From a virus (Duplodnaviria > Caudoviricetes), in IMG/VR virus record IMGVR_UViG_3300027859_000052, positions 1 to 32,865 of that record: a DNA stretch of 32,865 bases; one strand, 5' to 3'. Position 1 is the first letter of the stretch, and each line of letters begins with the position of its first letter. The notes below the pieces were generated by a model. It was not told the origin of the DNA. It was given only the letters and a program-made list of their open reading frames with translations, and did no database searches. Of the stretch, positions 18,152-26,887 are shown piece after piece. The translations under genes were made by a program, and so were the position numbers.

Positions 18152-18556
18152 ATGGCAGCTAATTTTACAGTCACAGATGCGAAAAACCCAGTGTGGGCAA
18201 ATGATGATAAAAACGCTATCACTATTGAGGTTAATTTTGCTGAAATTACTGACGTAGATTACGTATCGTTTACAGCAAGTCCAACTGACTCTGTAGAACA
18301 TTCACGTACCATTTATGCAAATGCAGTAAATGGTGATTATGGTACGATAACAGATTACGTTCATCACAGACTATGGCACCCAATTGATAGAACGGAAGTT
18401 AACATTTCTAATGTAGGTTTGGTTCAAATCTTATTAGAAAAAGGTTTACTGGATGATTATGATGTAGACGCAATTCTCGTGGAATCCACAGAAACAGTCG
18501 CCTTTGCTCGTACTACCACCGATCCATCAATGAACGGTGAGTGGGATGGCAAATAA
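18152..18556 (+). CDS. Tail fibre assembly chaperone (Tfa-like)
   Basis: NPVWANDDKNAITIEVNF...FTASPTDSVEHSRTIYANAVNGDYGTITDY matches the N-terminal domain of tail-fibre assembly proteins. It lies directly after the fibre tip gene. Confidence 0.75.
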   Translation: MAANFTVTDAKNPVWANDDKNAITIEVNFAEITDVDYVSFTASPTDSVEHSRTIYANAVNGDYGTITDYVHHRLWHPIDRTEVNISNVGLVQILLEKGLLDDYDVDAILVESTETVAFARTTTDPSMNGEWDGK

Positions 18557-18574
18557 TAACTACTCTAACAAAAA

Positions 18575-19138
18575 ATGATTACTTCAGAAGGACCTGATAA
18601 TAGGGATAATCTCCTTACAAGAGGAGACGGTTTTAGTGCCACTTTGAGCACAAATGGTAATGGTGGAGTACAAATTAGACAAAATCAATTTACTAATTTT
18701 ATTTCTACTGAAAAAAATATACCATCATATAATGTTGGTTTTGGATCAACAATGCCTACTTCTGCTTGGGTTCGATGGACTGCGAGAGAATTTGATGCTG
18801 CTGGTCTATCAACAACATCTAATACTTTGGTTGGAATAAAAACAGTAGGTCCTTTTGACCCTACTCTTCCAGATTCAAAGAGATATGTGCAGATAAATGT
18901 TGAAGCATCTAATCTTTGGACAACAGGTCTATATGGTGATACAACACCAATAAAAAATGGAAGATCTAAAGGTAGAGGGTTCTTTGATCTATATGAAAGT
19001 AATGATGATAGAAAAGCAAGACATAAAGCACTAAGAGAAGCAGGTCATAGTCCACCATTTCCAAGAGCAGATAGGTTCTTACAAAATCAACATCAAAGTG
19101 TAGTAAGAGCAGGTGTAACAACAGAGGGTAGTTACTAA
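18575..19138 (+). CDS. Hypothetical protein (187 aa)
   Basis: Clean ORF, co-oriented with the tail operon; no motif recognised. Confidence 0.7.
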   Translation: MITSEGPDNRDNLLTRGDGFSATLSTNGNGGVQIRQNQFTNFISTEKNIPSYNVGFGSTMPTSAWVRWTAREFDAAGLSTTSNTLVGIKTVGPFDPTLPDSKRYVQINVEASNLWTTGLYGDTTPIKNGRSKGRGFFDLYESNDDRKARHKALREAGHSPPFPRADRFLQNQHQSVVRAGVTTEGSY

Positions 19139-19160
19139 AAAATAAATTGATCTTTTTATA

Positions 19161-20165
19161 ATGGCAGACAAATCAGATAAGTGGCATCATACCATGTGTA
19201 GGTATCTTGGATTGAACCAAGATACCTTTTTTGATTTTGGCATTCTACCTGGCGTATGCAGAGAAGCATTGGGTAGAAATGATTACCTTTATACTAAGAC
19301 TGGTACATTTAATAGTAATAAAGTCTACACTTGGTCTGACTATCACCATAAAAGATTAGTGGAACAATCAAGAGGTGTTGTACCATATTACGGTACAGCA
19401 CCTTTTTTATGGGAACTTGGTAAGATAGCACATGCTCAAGAGAATACGCCAGAGTTTCATGCTTCACCTGCTGGATCGTTATTTTTTCTACCAAGAGATG
19501 ATCAATGTACCATAAGGGAAGATGAATATGAAAGTGTACAACGTATTATAGATGATATACCAAGACCTGTCACATTCTTAGTACCATGGCGTAGTTGTGA
19601 CATATGGAAGAACTGGAAGAATATTGACTTGGGTGAAGACTCAACTGTGATCCAGATGTCTGATCCAGTTACGAGACAATATACTCTAGCGAACTTGTTA
19701 TTACAACATAAGCATGTTTATATACCATGGCCAGGCACAGACATATACTATGCTGAGTTCTTAGATCGGCAGGTGCATGTGTATGATGACATCACTAAGT
19801 ATAGAACTAAGAAACCACATGAGCAAGAAAGGTTTGGTTCCACAGTTATGTTATATCTCAAGTGGGGATATGATTACTTAAATGATATACAAAAAGAATT
19901 CTTTCACCTTACAGAAAAATGGGAAACACTGAAGCAGCAGGATAGAAAGTTTCTAACGTGTAAGATGTTAGGTCTTGATGCTATAAAGTCTCCAGAAGTA
20001 TTATATGATGAACTCGTTGATAATAAATTTATAACTGACGGCAGGTTTGGATCACCAGTGGGCAGTGAATATGATAATGCCTACCTTTACTTAAAAGAAA
20101 AGATTGATAAAACGTATAATTCTAAATGTTCACAGGTAGTATTAGACCTTTATAATAAGTTGTAA
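19161..20165 (+). CDS. Putative GT-B-fold glycosyltransferase-like protein (334 aa)
   Basis: The pattern CRYLGL...YTWSD...GTAPFLW...GSLFFLPR...LVPWR...LANLLLQHKHVYIPWPGTDIYYAEFLDRQVHVY resembles the nucleotide-binding C-lobe of GT-B capsule/CMP-sugar transferases. It is adjacent to the sugar operon. Confidence 0.45.
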   Translation: MADKSDKWHHTMCRYLGLNQDTFFDFGILPGVCREALGRNDYLYTKTGTFNSNKVYTWSDYHHKRLVEQSRGVVPYYGTAPFLWELGKIAHAQENTPEFHASPAGSLFFLPRDDQCTIREDEYESVQRIIDDIPRPVTFLVPWRSCDIWKNWKNIDLGEDSTVIQMSDPVTRQYTLANLLLQHKHVYIPWPGTDIYYAEFLDRQVHVYDDITKYRTKKPHEQERFGSTVMLYLKWGYDYLNDIQKEFFHLTEKWETLKQQDRKFLTCKMLGLDAIKSPEVLYDELVDNKFITDGRFGSPVGSEYDNAYLYLKEKIDKTYNSKCSQVVLDLYNKL

Positions 20166-20779
20166 ATATCGTCAGCAATAAGCTTTTGAGAATCTAGATT
20201 AGGATGACCATTGGATTCACTTACTGTATCATAATTCTCTGGTAATATCATAATATCATACGATAATTTTGTTGTTCTAAAACAACTAAGCATAATCAAC
20301 GGGATCTTTTTTGATTTGAATATAGATCTTATAGAATTATGCACCATTTCCTCAATAGCAATTCCGTACTTGTCATCATATATTCTATTGAAATATGTTT
20401 CCCAAAATAAACTTGATCCTCCATTGTCTTTATTTCTCACCTGCTTTTTCAAACCATGAATTCCTTTTTTATGTACATGGTAAGATCCATCTCTTCTTCT
20501 TACAACATGTGAATTAATTTGTTTGAATTTTTCACCATCCCAATATTCAGTCCTACTTGGAAATGTCAATTGAATGATAGCGAGATCATATTCATCTTTG
20601 TAGTATGTTGTAGATAAATTTCTAAGTATACGTTGATTGGAACCACCACATCTTGAGATATTATATTCTTCTGCACCTAACTTATCACATAATAACTTTG
20701 ACCATCTTACATCTTTGTAATTTTCTCCTAACCATTTTCCACCAGCAGTCATTGAACAACCATCAAAATATATTTTCAT
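20150..20779 (-). CDS. SGNH/GDSL hydrolase-like protein
   Basis: Block I FDGCSMTAG, block II NISRCGGSN, DLAIIQLT..SR.E, and block V NGHPN. Confidence 0.75.
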   Translation of the reverse strand: MKIYFDGCSMTAGGKWLGENYKDVRWSKLLCDKLGAEEYNISRCGGSNQRILRNLSTTYYKDEYDLAIIQLTFPSRTEYWDGEKFKQINSHVVRRRDGSYHVHKKGIHGLKKQVRNKDNGGSSLFWETYFNRIYDDKYGIAIEEMVHNSIRSIFKSKKIPLIMLSCFRTTKLSYDIMILPENYDTVSESNGHPNLDSQKLIADDIYNLL

Positions 20780-21660
20780 TAGAAAAGTTTAAAGTGTTTT
20801 GAGTGATCTTCACCCATAAAGAAATCACTATCATGTACGCCTCGGTCATCAATATATTTGTTTGCTCTTGGTTTACCAAAGAATAACTTATGATACTTTA
20901 CACCCCAACTAGCAAGTTGTGCTTCAGTTCGTGACCTACAATGGTAATCTGCTTCTCTTTGTTGTGAATTTATATCTTCTGGATATCTACCAGTGCTATG
21001 AATAAATCCTCTTGCAGTCATAAGATATATTGTAGCACCATCTTCATATAATTTATTTACTTTCTGAATACGATCTCTTCTTGGTATGGCATCCCATGGA
21101 CTACCATCATGAGGTTCAGTAATTGTTCCATCTATATCAATACAGTATATGTCATCTCTATCTTCAGTAATATCATCATATCTTTGTACAACTTTAGGTA
21201 GTTCTGGTAATATAACTCCAGTCTGTTCCATCATTTCATATATTGTTGCCAAAGCTTTCACTTCAAAATGGTGATAGTGTGTTGCATCAATTACAATTGT
21301 CTCAATGGTTTCATGTTTATCTGGTGCCATTAATAATGTATGTGTCGAACCACCATAGGGTGCGGTGATAGATACTTTTTCCAATTCTTGTGTGAGGGGA
21401 CTGTTGACACGACAAGTGATGCCTATGATAAGATCAGCACCTTGTTTAGCATATCTTATCCACTCATTCTTCCAATCTCCATCACCACCTAAAGCAGTAA
21501 GACCAACACTATCAGGAGCAAAACAAAACTTACCAGTGTGACGATAGATATCACTTGCCATGTGTTGAGCAATAGCAAGATTACCACCATTACCTATTAA
21601 TGCAATTCGTTTTGCATTAGTAAATAATTTTAGTGATTCAGTAGATAATTTTCCGTCCAT
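20779..21660 (-). CDS. GmhA-like SIS sugar-phosphate isomerase fused to a HAD phosphatase (capsule-biosynthesis BcbF-like)
   Basis: N-terminal IALIGNGGNLAIAQHMASD (GmhA-type). C-terminal HAD motifs CIDIDGTI, MTARG, GKP and YIDDR. Confidence 0.8.
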   Translation of the reverse strand: MDGKLSTESLKLFTNAKRIALIGNGGNLAIAQHMASDIYRHTGKFCFAPDSVGLTALGGDGDWKNEWIRYAKQGADLIIGITCRVNSPLTQELEKVSITAPYGGSTHTLLMAPDKHETIETIVIDATHYHHFEVKALATIYEMMEQTGVILPELPKVVQRYDDITEDRDDIYCIDIDGTITEPHDGSPWDAIPRRDRIQKVNKLYEDGATIYLMTARGFIHSTGRYPEDINSQQREADYHCRSRTEAQLASWGVKYHKLFFGKPRANKYIDDRGVHDSDFFMGEDHSKHFKLF

Positions 21661-22463
21661 GCTTTTACTTTGCTTCTATATTTGTGTGGTAAAATGCAAA
21701 AATGTTCATCTGTAGATGATCTATCTATAGATTTAGACAATCCAAATGTCTTGCAATAATCTCCAGTATCTAAACTGAAGGTCTCATATGGTATTTTATA
21801 ATACTCTAGGGTTTTTTTCAAGTGCTTTTCAAACTTTCGTGATTCATTGATATGATTAGTGACATATTCAACATAAGCATCTTCTCCATGAGATTGAAGA
21901 AGATAAGTATTACCATCAAGGAAAAAATTAGATACCCAATGGTATGTATCTTCCTTATATACCACAATATTTACTCTATTTTGTAATTCTTTTATTACAT
22001 AATTCAAGTCTGTATTCATAGGTGGTCTTCTCATTCTCAGATCCCAATTCATATCTCTCCCCCCAATCCCAGAGCAATAACCCATACTGAAAAGTGGGTT
22101 CAAAACTATATCAGATTCGTATATTTGTGGGAAGATTTTGTATAAATTTTGTGGGTGTTTGTCTAGATATTTCATGTCTCCCCAGACACTTTCGTTCAAT
22201 GGACAAACTTGCTCCTGAGTTTGGTTTATAACTTCGTCATAACTTTCTAAGTGCCTAACTTCGTGCCAATATTTAATTTCATGTGTTCGTGAATCTTCCC
22301 AATTCCATTGATAAGTGTGGTATCCATTATCAAATGGTTTGGTTATTATAGTGAATGGTGTGTAACCTGTATTTAAAAGTGAGTAAGACTTCTGATTATA
22401 TTGGAATAAACTTCTGATAAAAAACTTACCACTTTTGACACCGCCAAAATAGGAATATTTCAC
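21630..22463 (-). CDS. Hypothetical protein, sulfotransferase-like P-loop fold (paralog of 23168-24133)
   Basis: N-terminal FGGVKSG (GxxRSG-like). NIVVYKED and YKIPYETFSLDTGDY are shared with the paralog. Confidence 0.5.
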   Translation of the reverse strand: MKYSYFGGVKSGKFFIRSLFQYNQKSYSLLNTGYTPFTIITKPFDNGYHTYQWNWEDSRTHEIKYWHEVRHLESYDEVINQTQEQVCPLNESVWGDMKYLDKHPQNLYKIFPQIYESDIVLNPLFSMGYCSGIGGRDMNWDLRMRRPPMNTDLNYVIKELQNRVNIVVYKEDTYHWVSNFFLDGNTYLLQSHGEDAYVEYVTNHINESRKFEKHLKKTLEYYKIPYETFSLDTGDYCKTFGLSKSIDRSSTDEHFCILPHKYRSKVKAWTENYLLNH

Positions 22464-23161
22464 ATTTGCTCTTCGACTTCGTATATATGTGAGGGACGAT
22501 CTACTGCTCTTATTTTACCACAATGTAAATCGAAAGGTATTACATCATATCTACCAATAAATCCTATGGTATCTAAACCTCTCCAATATTTTACAAATGT
22601 CATGTCAAGATTAGGGAAATCTATTATTACATGTCTTTTATAAAGATATAATCCCAATTGGGTAATTATATTATCACACACCACGTCACATTCTCTTTGC
22701 ATGTGAACTACCTTACCATTATTAACAATCATTTTGACCACATCTTCGTCATTTATCTCGCCATTCTCAAGTTTTCGTGATGATTGAAGTACATCTATAT
22801 TATTATCAATCCCATATACTATCATATCGTCAATCCATTTTGGGTCGGTAAGTGGTTCGTCACCTTGCAGGTTGAAAACATAATCACATTTTAGATTCTC
22901 TGACACCTCTGCTACTCTATGGGTGCATGTATAGTGAGTATCAGTAACAACACTCAAATAATCGTTGTCATTACATAAGTCTTTTATTATTTTATTCTCT
23001 GTTGCAACAACTATTTCATCAAGATACTTAGACTGCTTTGCGATATCTGCTACTCGTAATACCATTTCTCTACCATTGATCTTGGCAAGAGGTTTATTTG
23101 GAAATCTACTTGAACTAAGTCTAGCAGGGATGACACAGATAATTTTTTTGTCTTTATACAT
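22460..23161 (-). CDS. kdsB: CMP-Kdo synthetase-like cytidylyltransferase (divergent)
   Basis: VIPARLSSSRFPNKPLAKING, VVAT, NLQGDEPL, VVK, GLY.Y and AVD motifs of the KdsB family. Confidence 0.85.
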   Translation of the reverse strand: MYKDKKIICVIPARLSSSRFPNKPLAKINGREMVLRVADIAKQSKYLDEIVVATENKIIKDLCNDNDYLSVVTDTHYTCTHRVAEVSENLKCDYVFNLQGDEPLTDPKWIDDMIVYGIDNNIDVLQSSRKLENGEINDEDVVKMIVNNGKVVHMQRECDVVCDNIITQLGLYLYKRHVIIDFPNLDMTFVKYWRGLDTIGFIGRYDVIPFDLHCGKIRAVDRPSHIYEVEEQM

Positions 23162-23167
23162 GAAGTG

Positions 23168-24133
23168 CTATATCCTATCCGTTATTCTACCCGATAGTCT
23201 AACGTCTGTCAATCCACGAACTGTCACATACTCTTTTGCTATGCCCTTTAATATGTTATGTTTGTTTTTTACAATTTTATCGTTCAAATCAAAATTTGGG
23301 TGCGAGTATTTACTATCTAAAACTATTTTACAATCAAATCGACTATAATCATCTGTATCAAGGTTGAAATGATCGTATGGTATATCATAATCTTGCAATG
23401 CTTGTTCTATATCTCTTTGTTGTTTAGTAAATTCATCAAGGTGTCTCCATACAATCTCTTTATCTCTATTATATGCGTCTATTATTGTTTTGAATACTAC
23501 AGGTCTACCAGTTCGTTTTATATATTTTTTCGCTTGCTTGGGAGGGTCAAAAATATTCAATTTACTTACCATACTATCAATAATGTTTTCTTTATATGGC
23601 ACGATATTCGTGGTATTTTTGAGTAGAGATATTATTTTTGGTGTAGTGATATACGCTCTCTGGCAATTTACAATACCTAATAGATGATTTGGTCTTATTA
23701 GCAATTCTCCATCAAACATATCGTCTAAAGCAAACTCCCATGTATTTGGTGCATGATTTAGGAAAGGTTCGTATTTTGAAATATCAACATCATCATTTAC
23801 ACCTCGTCTATCAGAACTATCTGTAATAGTTTTATTAGAGTAAAAGTCTATAGTTCTATGATCTACAAAATTATATTTCTCCATATAATAGTAGGTATGC
23901 TCTATATGTGGGTCTTTTACTCTGTTTCCCTGATGTAATACTCGAACTAATTTATTTTCATTTCGTAGTTTATAATAGTGATACCACTCTTGGGTTTTGG
24001 ATTTAGGGTAGATATATTTGTCAAATTTATATGGAGCATTAGTGTAAAACACATGCTGTCGCTCATTAAACTCAAACATTCTATTGATGTGGTCAGCACC
24101 ACTATTTACAGCACCCCAGTAGACAAATTTCAT
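23168..24133 (-). CDS. Hypothetical protein, sulfotransferase-like P-loop fold (paralog of 21630-22463)
   Basis: N-terminal YWGAVNSG, NIVPYKENIIDSMVS and YDIPYDHFNLDTDDY. Confidence 0.5.
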   Translation of the reverse strand: MKFVYWGAVNSGADHINRMFEFNERQHVFYTNAPYKFDKYIYPKSKTQEWYHYYKLRNENKLVRVLHQGNRVKDPHIEHTYYYMEKYNFVDHRTIDFYSNKTITDSSDRRGVNDDVDISKYEPFLNHAPNTWEFALDDMFDGELLIRPNHLLGIVNCQRAYITTPKIISLLKNTTNIVPYKENIIDSMVSKLNIFDPPKQAKKYIKRTGRPVVFKTIIDAYNRDKEIVWRHLDEFTKQQRDIEQALQDYDIPYDHFNLDTDDYSRFDCKIVLDSKYSHPNFDLNDKIVKNKHNILKGIAKEYVTVRGLTDVRLSGRITDRI

Positions 24134-24148
24134 AAATTATACTATAGT
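24120..24148 (+). promoter_or_regulatory. Sigma70-type promoter at the divergent junction
   Basis: TAGACA-17 nt-TATAGT upstream of the ATG at 24171. TATAAT boxes on the minus strand of the same 37-nt gap could serve the sugar operon. Confidence 0.45.
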
Positions 24149-24170
24149 GTCTCCATATTATAATCTATCT

Positions 24171-24590
24171 ATGGCAATACCGCACCCCCCTAGACCAGAG
24201 GGTTATGGAAACTACGATACTCGTCCACGTTGGCAAGTGGGAGACTGGAAAGTTGGGGATGTAGTAGAGAGTTATCTCGAACTAAATGGTATAATGCAAC
24301 CCAGTAGACCTGACTGTGGCATCATATCATTTGTGTCTGGTGGTGCTATTAGTCTGACAGTAGGTTGCAACTCAGAGGGTAGAGCAGTCAATGTATGTCT
24401 CAGTCAATTACATAACATAAGATTATTAGAACCAAATGAATATACCAAATTGGCAACATCACTCAAAAAAGGATGTCAAACGAACTCTGCGACCTCAAAT
24501 GTTGCGACAGGCAAGAAAAAGAACCTCGCTGTTTCTCACACGATTGAGAAGAGAATCGAAAAGTATCCACTTGAAGCAAAATCATTTTAA
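24171..24590 (+). CDS. Hypothetical protein (possible SH3/KOW-like domain)
   Basis: Likely start is the ATG at 24171. WKVGDVVE followed by beta strands; basic tail. Confidence 0.6.
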   Translation: MAIPHPPRPEGYGNYDTRPRWQVGDWKVGDVVESYLELNGIMQPSRPDCGIISFVSGGAISLTVGCNSEGRAVNVCLSQLHNIRLLEPNEYTKLATSLKKGCQTNSATSNVATGKKKNLAVSHTIEKRIEKYPLEAKSF

Positions 24591-24648
24591 GTGACAATAA
24601 TATTATTGGCACACATGGGTGTACATATAGGAATATTGTGGTTATAAT
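24591..24648 (+). promoter_or_regulatory. Early promoter with upstream palindromic block
   Basis: GTGACAATAATATTATTGGCAC (near-perfect palindrome), then TGTACA-17-TATAAT (24620-24648). Confidence 0.75.
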
Positions 24649-24668
24649 GAATAGTATATACACCAAAT

Positions 24669-26813
24669 ATGATGCCAGTAAACATTGAAATCAAAGGCAA
24701 CCTTGCCAAATTACTTGCAACTGAGAATCTTATCATTGAGCATAAGCAAGTTGACACAGCATCATTTGATGTTCAGAGAAGAGTTCTTACTCTACCCCAA
24801 TGGGAGACAGACAGCAACTATGTCTATGACTTATTAGTTGCACATGAAGTTGGTCATGCACTTCACACACCTTTTAGACGTTGGATTGAAGAGGACAAGT
24901 ATAAAGACTTGCCTATGGATTATGTCAATGTGGTAGAGGATGCCAGAATTGAGAAGTTGATGAAGCAAAGATTTGCAGGTCTCAACAGAGATTTCTACAA
25001 AGGTTATGAAGAACTATTCTCTAATGACTTCTTTGAAGTATCTAATGATGATGTAGATGATCTCAAACTTGTTGATAGAGTCAATCTATACTTCAAGATC
25101 GGTGCATATCTTTGCATTGACTTCAATGACGAGGAGAATCAAATCATCACAGAAATTGCACAGGCAGAGACATTTGACCAAGTGCTTGACCTATCTCTTA
25201 GATTATACAACTTATCTAAAGAACAGAAGGAACAAGTTGACTTAGAAGAACTAATGTCAGTCAAGTTTGACCCTGATGGCGAACCAATGAATATTCAAGT
25301 AGTGCCAGAAGAAAAGACAGAGGATGCAGACGAGGATGGTACAGAGGTAGAGGGTAAGGGTACAAAACCAGTACCAACTGATGATGATGTAGAGGAAGAT
25401 GAAGCACCCGAATTATCAGAGAAGGCAGGGAGACATGCCAATATGGATGTATCTGACACTCAGAGATCATTTGATCGCAATGCTCAAGAGTTACACGCTA
25501 GTGACTCACTCAGAGAAACAACTTATGTGACTATACCAGAGGTTGACCTTGATTCAGTACTCATCAAGTTTGAGACAGTCAGGGATGCACTCAAGAATCA
25601 CTTTGCATATAATGCAAGTCTAGACAGAATTATCTCTGACTTCAATAAGGTCAAGCAATCATCTAGAAAGGATGTCAACAACCTTGTCAAAGAGTTTGAA
25701 ATGAAGAAGTCAGCAGACTCATATTCTAGATCAGCAACATCAAGAACTGGTATGTTAGACATGAACAAACTTCATACATACAAATTCAACGAGGACATAT
25801 TCAAGAAAGTAACAACTATCCCAGAGGGTAAGAATCATGGTCTTGTATTCTTATTAGACTGGTCTGGTTCTATGAATAATGTACTAGAGGATACTCTGAA
25901 ACAGATGTTTAACTTAGTCTGGTTCTGTAGAAAAGTACAGATACCATTCGAGGTATATGCCTTTACTAATGACTCATGGCAACTTGACCCTAGACTAAAA
26001 GATCATGACCCAAATGCCTACTCATGGCAACGTCAGATACCACAACATCACACACCTAAGTTGAATGAAATTGTTATTCCTGATAGTTTTAGATTAGTAA
26101 ACATACTATCAAGTCAGCAACGTGGTAGAGACTTAGATGAAATGATGAAGTTATTGTACCTACAAGTAAGATCTATGAGTTCTTATGGAAACTTGGAATA
26201 CCTTAGATCATTCCAACTATCAGGTACACCACTAAATGAAGCAATCATCTGTATAGGTCAGTTGACTAAGCAAATCATCAAACAAAATGGTATTCAAAAA
26301 TGTCATATAGTTGTATTGACTGACGGAGACGGATACCATAGTGAGTATGTAAGAAGAGAAGACGAAGACGGATACCAGTCAAGAGGTTCAGTCTACTCTA
26401 GTGGTTTCATGATTAGATCAGGTTCTAGAACATACAATGGTGGTAATGGAAGTAGCAACTTCACATGTGGTCTAATCAAGGCGGTCAAAGATCAATTACC
26501 TAACACACAATTCTTAGGTATCAGACTCTTAGATAGGGATTACAGACACTTCTACATGGGTTATGGAAGAGAGTCTTATACATTCTTTGAAGACATGAAA
26601 GCACAGAATCGTAAGGAGGGTATGATTCACTTCAAGTCTGACTCATTCGATCAATGGTATGGTATTGCAACTAATAAGTTACAAGATGATGCTGAACTAG
26701 CAGTTGATCAGGGTGCAGACAAGAGATCAATCTCTACAGCGTTCAAGAAGATGAACAGAGGTAAGAAGACCAACAAAGTTATGGTCAAACAATTCATAGA
26801 CCAGATAGCATAG
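24669..26813 (+). CDS. HExxH metallopeptidase-like domain plus vWA domain protein (CobT-like partner of the AAA+ ATPase)
   Basis: AHEVGHALH and NVVEDARIE at the N-terminus, an acidic linker, and MIDAS motifs LDWSGSM, GTPLNEA and VLTDG. Confidence 0.85.
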   Translation: MMPVNIEIKGNLAKLLATENLIIEHKQVDTASFDVQRRVLTLPQWETDSNYVYDLLVAHEVGHALHTPFRRWIEEDKYKDLPMDYVNVVEDARIEKLMKQRFAGLNRDFYKGYEELFSNDFFEVSNDDVDDLKLVDRVNLYFKIGAYLCIDFNDEENQIITEIAQAETFDQVLDLSLRLYNLSKEQKEQVDLEELMSVKFDPDGEPMNIQVVPEEKTEDADEDGTEVEGKGTKPVPTDDDVEEDEAPELSEKAGRHANMDVSDTQRSFDRNAQELHASDSLRETTYVTIPEVDLDSVLIKFETVRDALKNHFAYNASLDRIISDFNKVKQSSRKDVNNLVKEFEMKKSADSYSRSATSRTGMLDMNKLHTYKFNEDIFKKVTTIPEGKNHGLVFLLDWSGSMNNVLEDTLKQMFNLVWFCRKVQIPFEVYAFTNDSWQLDPRLKDHDPNAYSWQRQIPQHHTPKLNEIVIPDSFRLVNILSSQQRGRDLDEMMKLLYLQVRSMSSYGNLEYLRSFQLSGTPLNEAIICIGQLTKQIIKQNGIQKCHIVVLTDGDGYHSEYVRREDEDGYQSRGSVYSSGFMIRSGSRTYNGGNGSSNFTCGLIKAVKDQLPNTQFLGIRLLDRDYRHFYMGYGRESYTFFEDMKAQNRKEGMIHFKSDSFDQWYGIATNKLQDDAELAVDQGADKRSISTAFKKMNRGKKTNKVMVKQFIDQIA

Positions 26814-26857
26814 TGTCACATGGGATGGTTGCCATCCCATATTCCTTATGGTACGAT
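26799..26857 (+). promoter_or_regulatory. Early promoter with upstream block and a hairpin across the -35
   Basis: GACCA-N10-TGTCAC, then TTGCCA-17-TACGAT. The inverted repeat ATGGGATGG-TTG-CCATCCCAT lies at 26820-26840. Confidence 0.7.
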
Positions 26858-26887
26858 AAGGACAAGCAAAACAAATTTCTAAAATTC

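Noticed and set aside
22965-24163. Plus-strand ORFs over the sugar operon
   Set aside because: They are shadow ORFs of the minus-strand genes.
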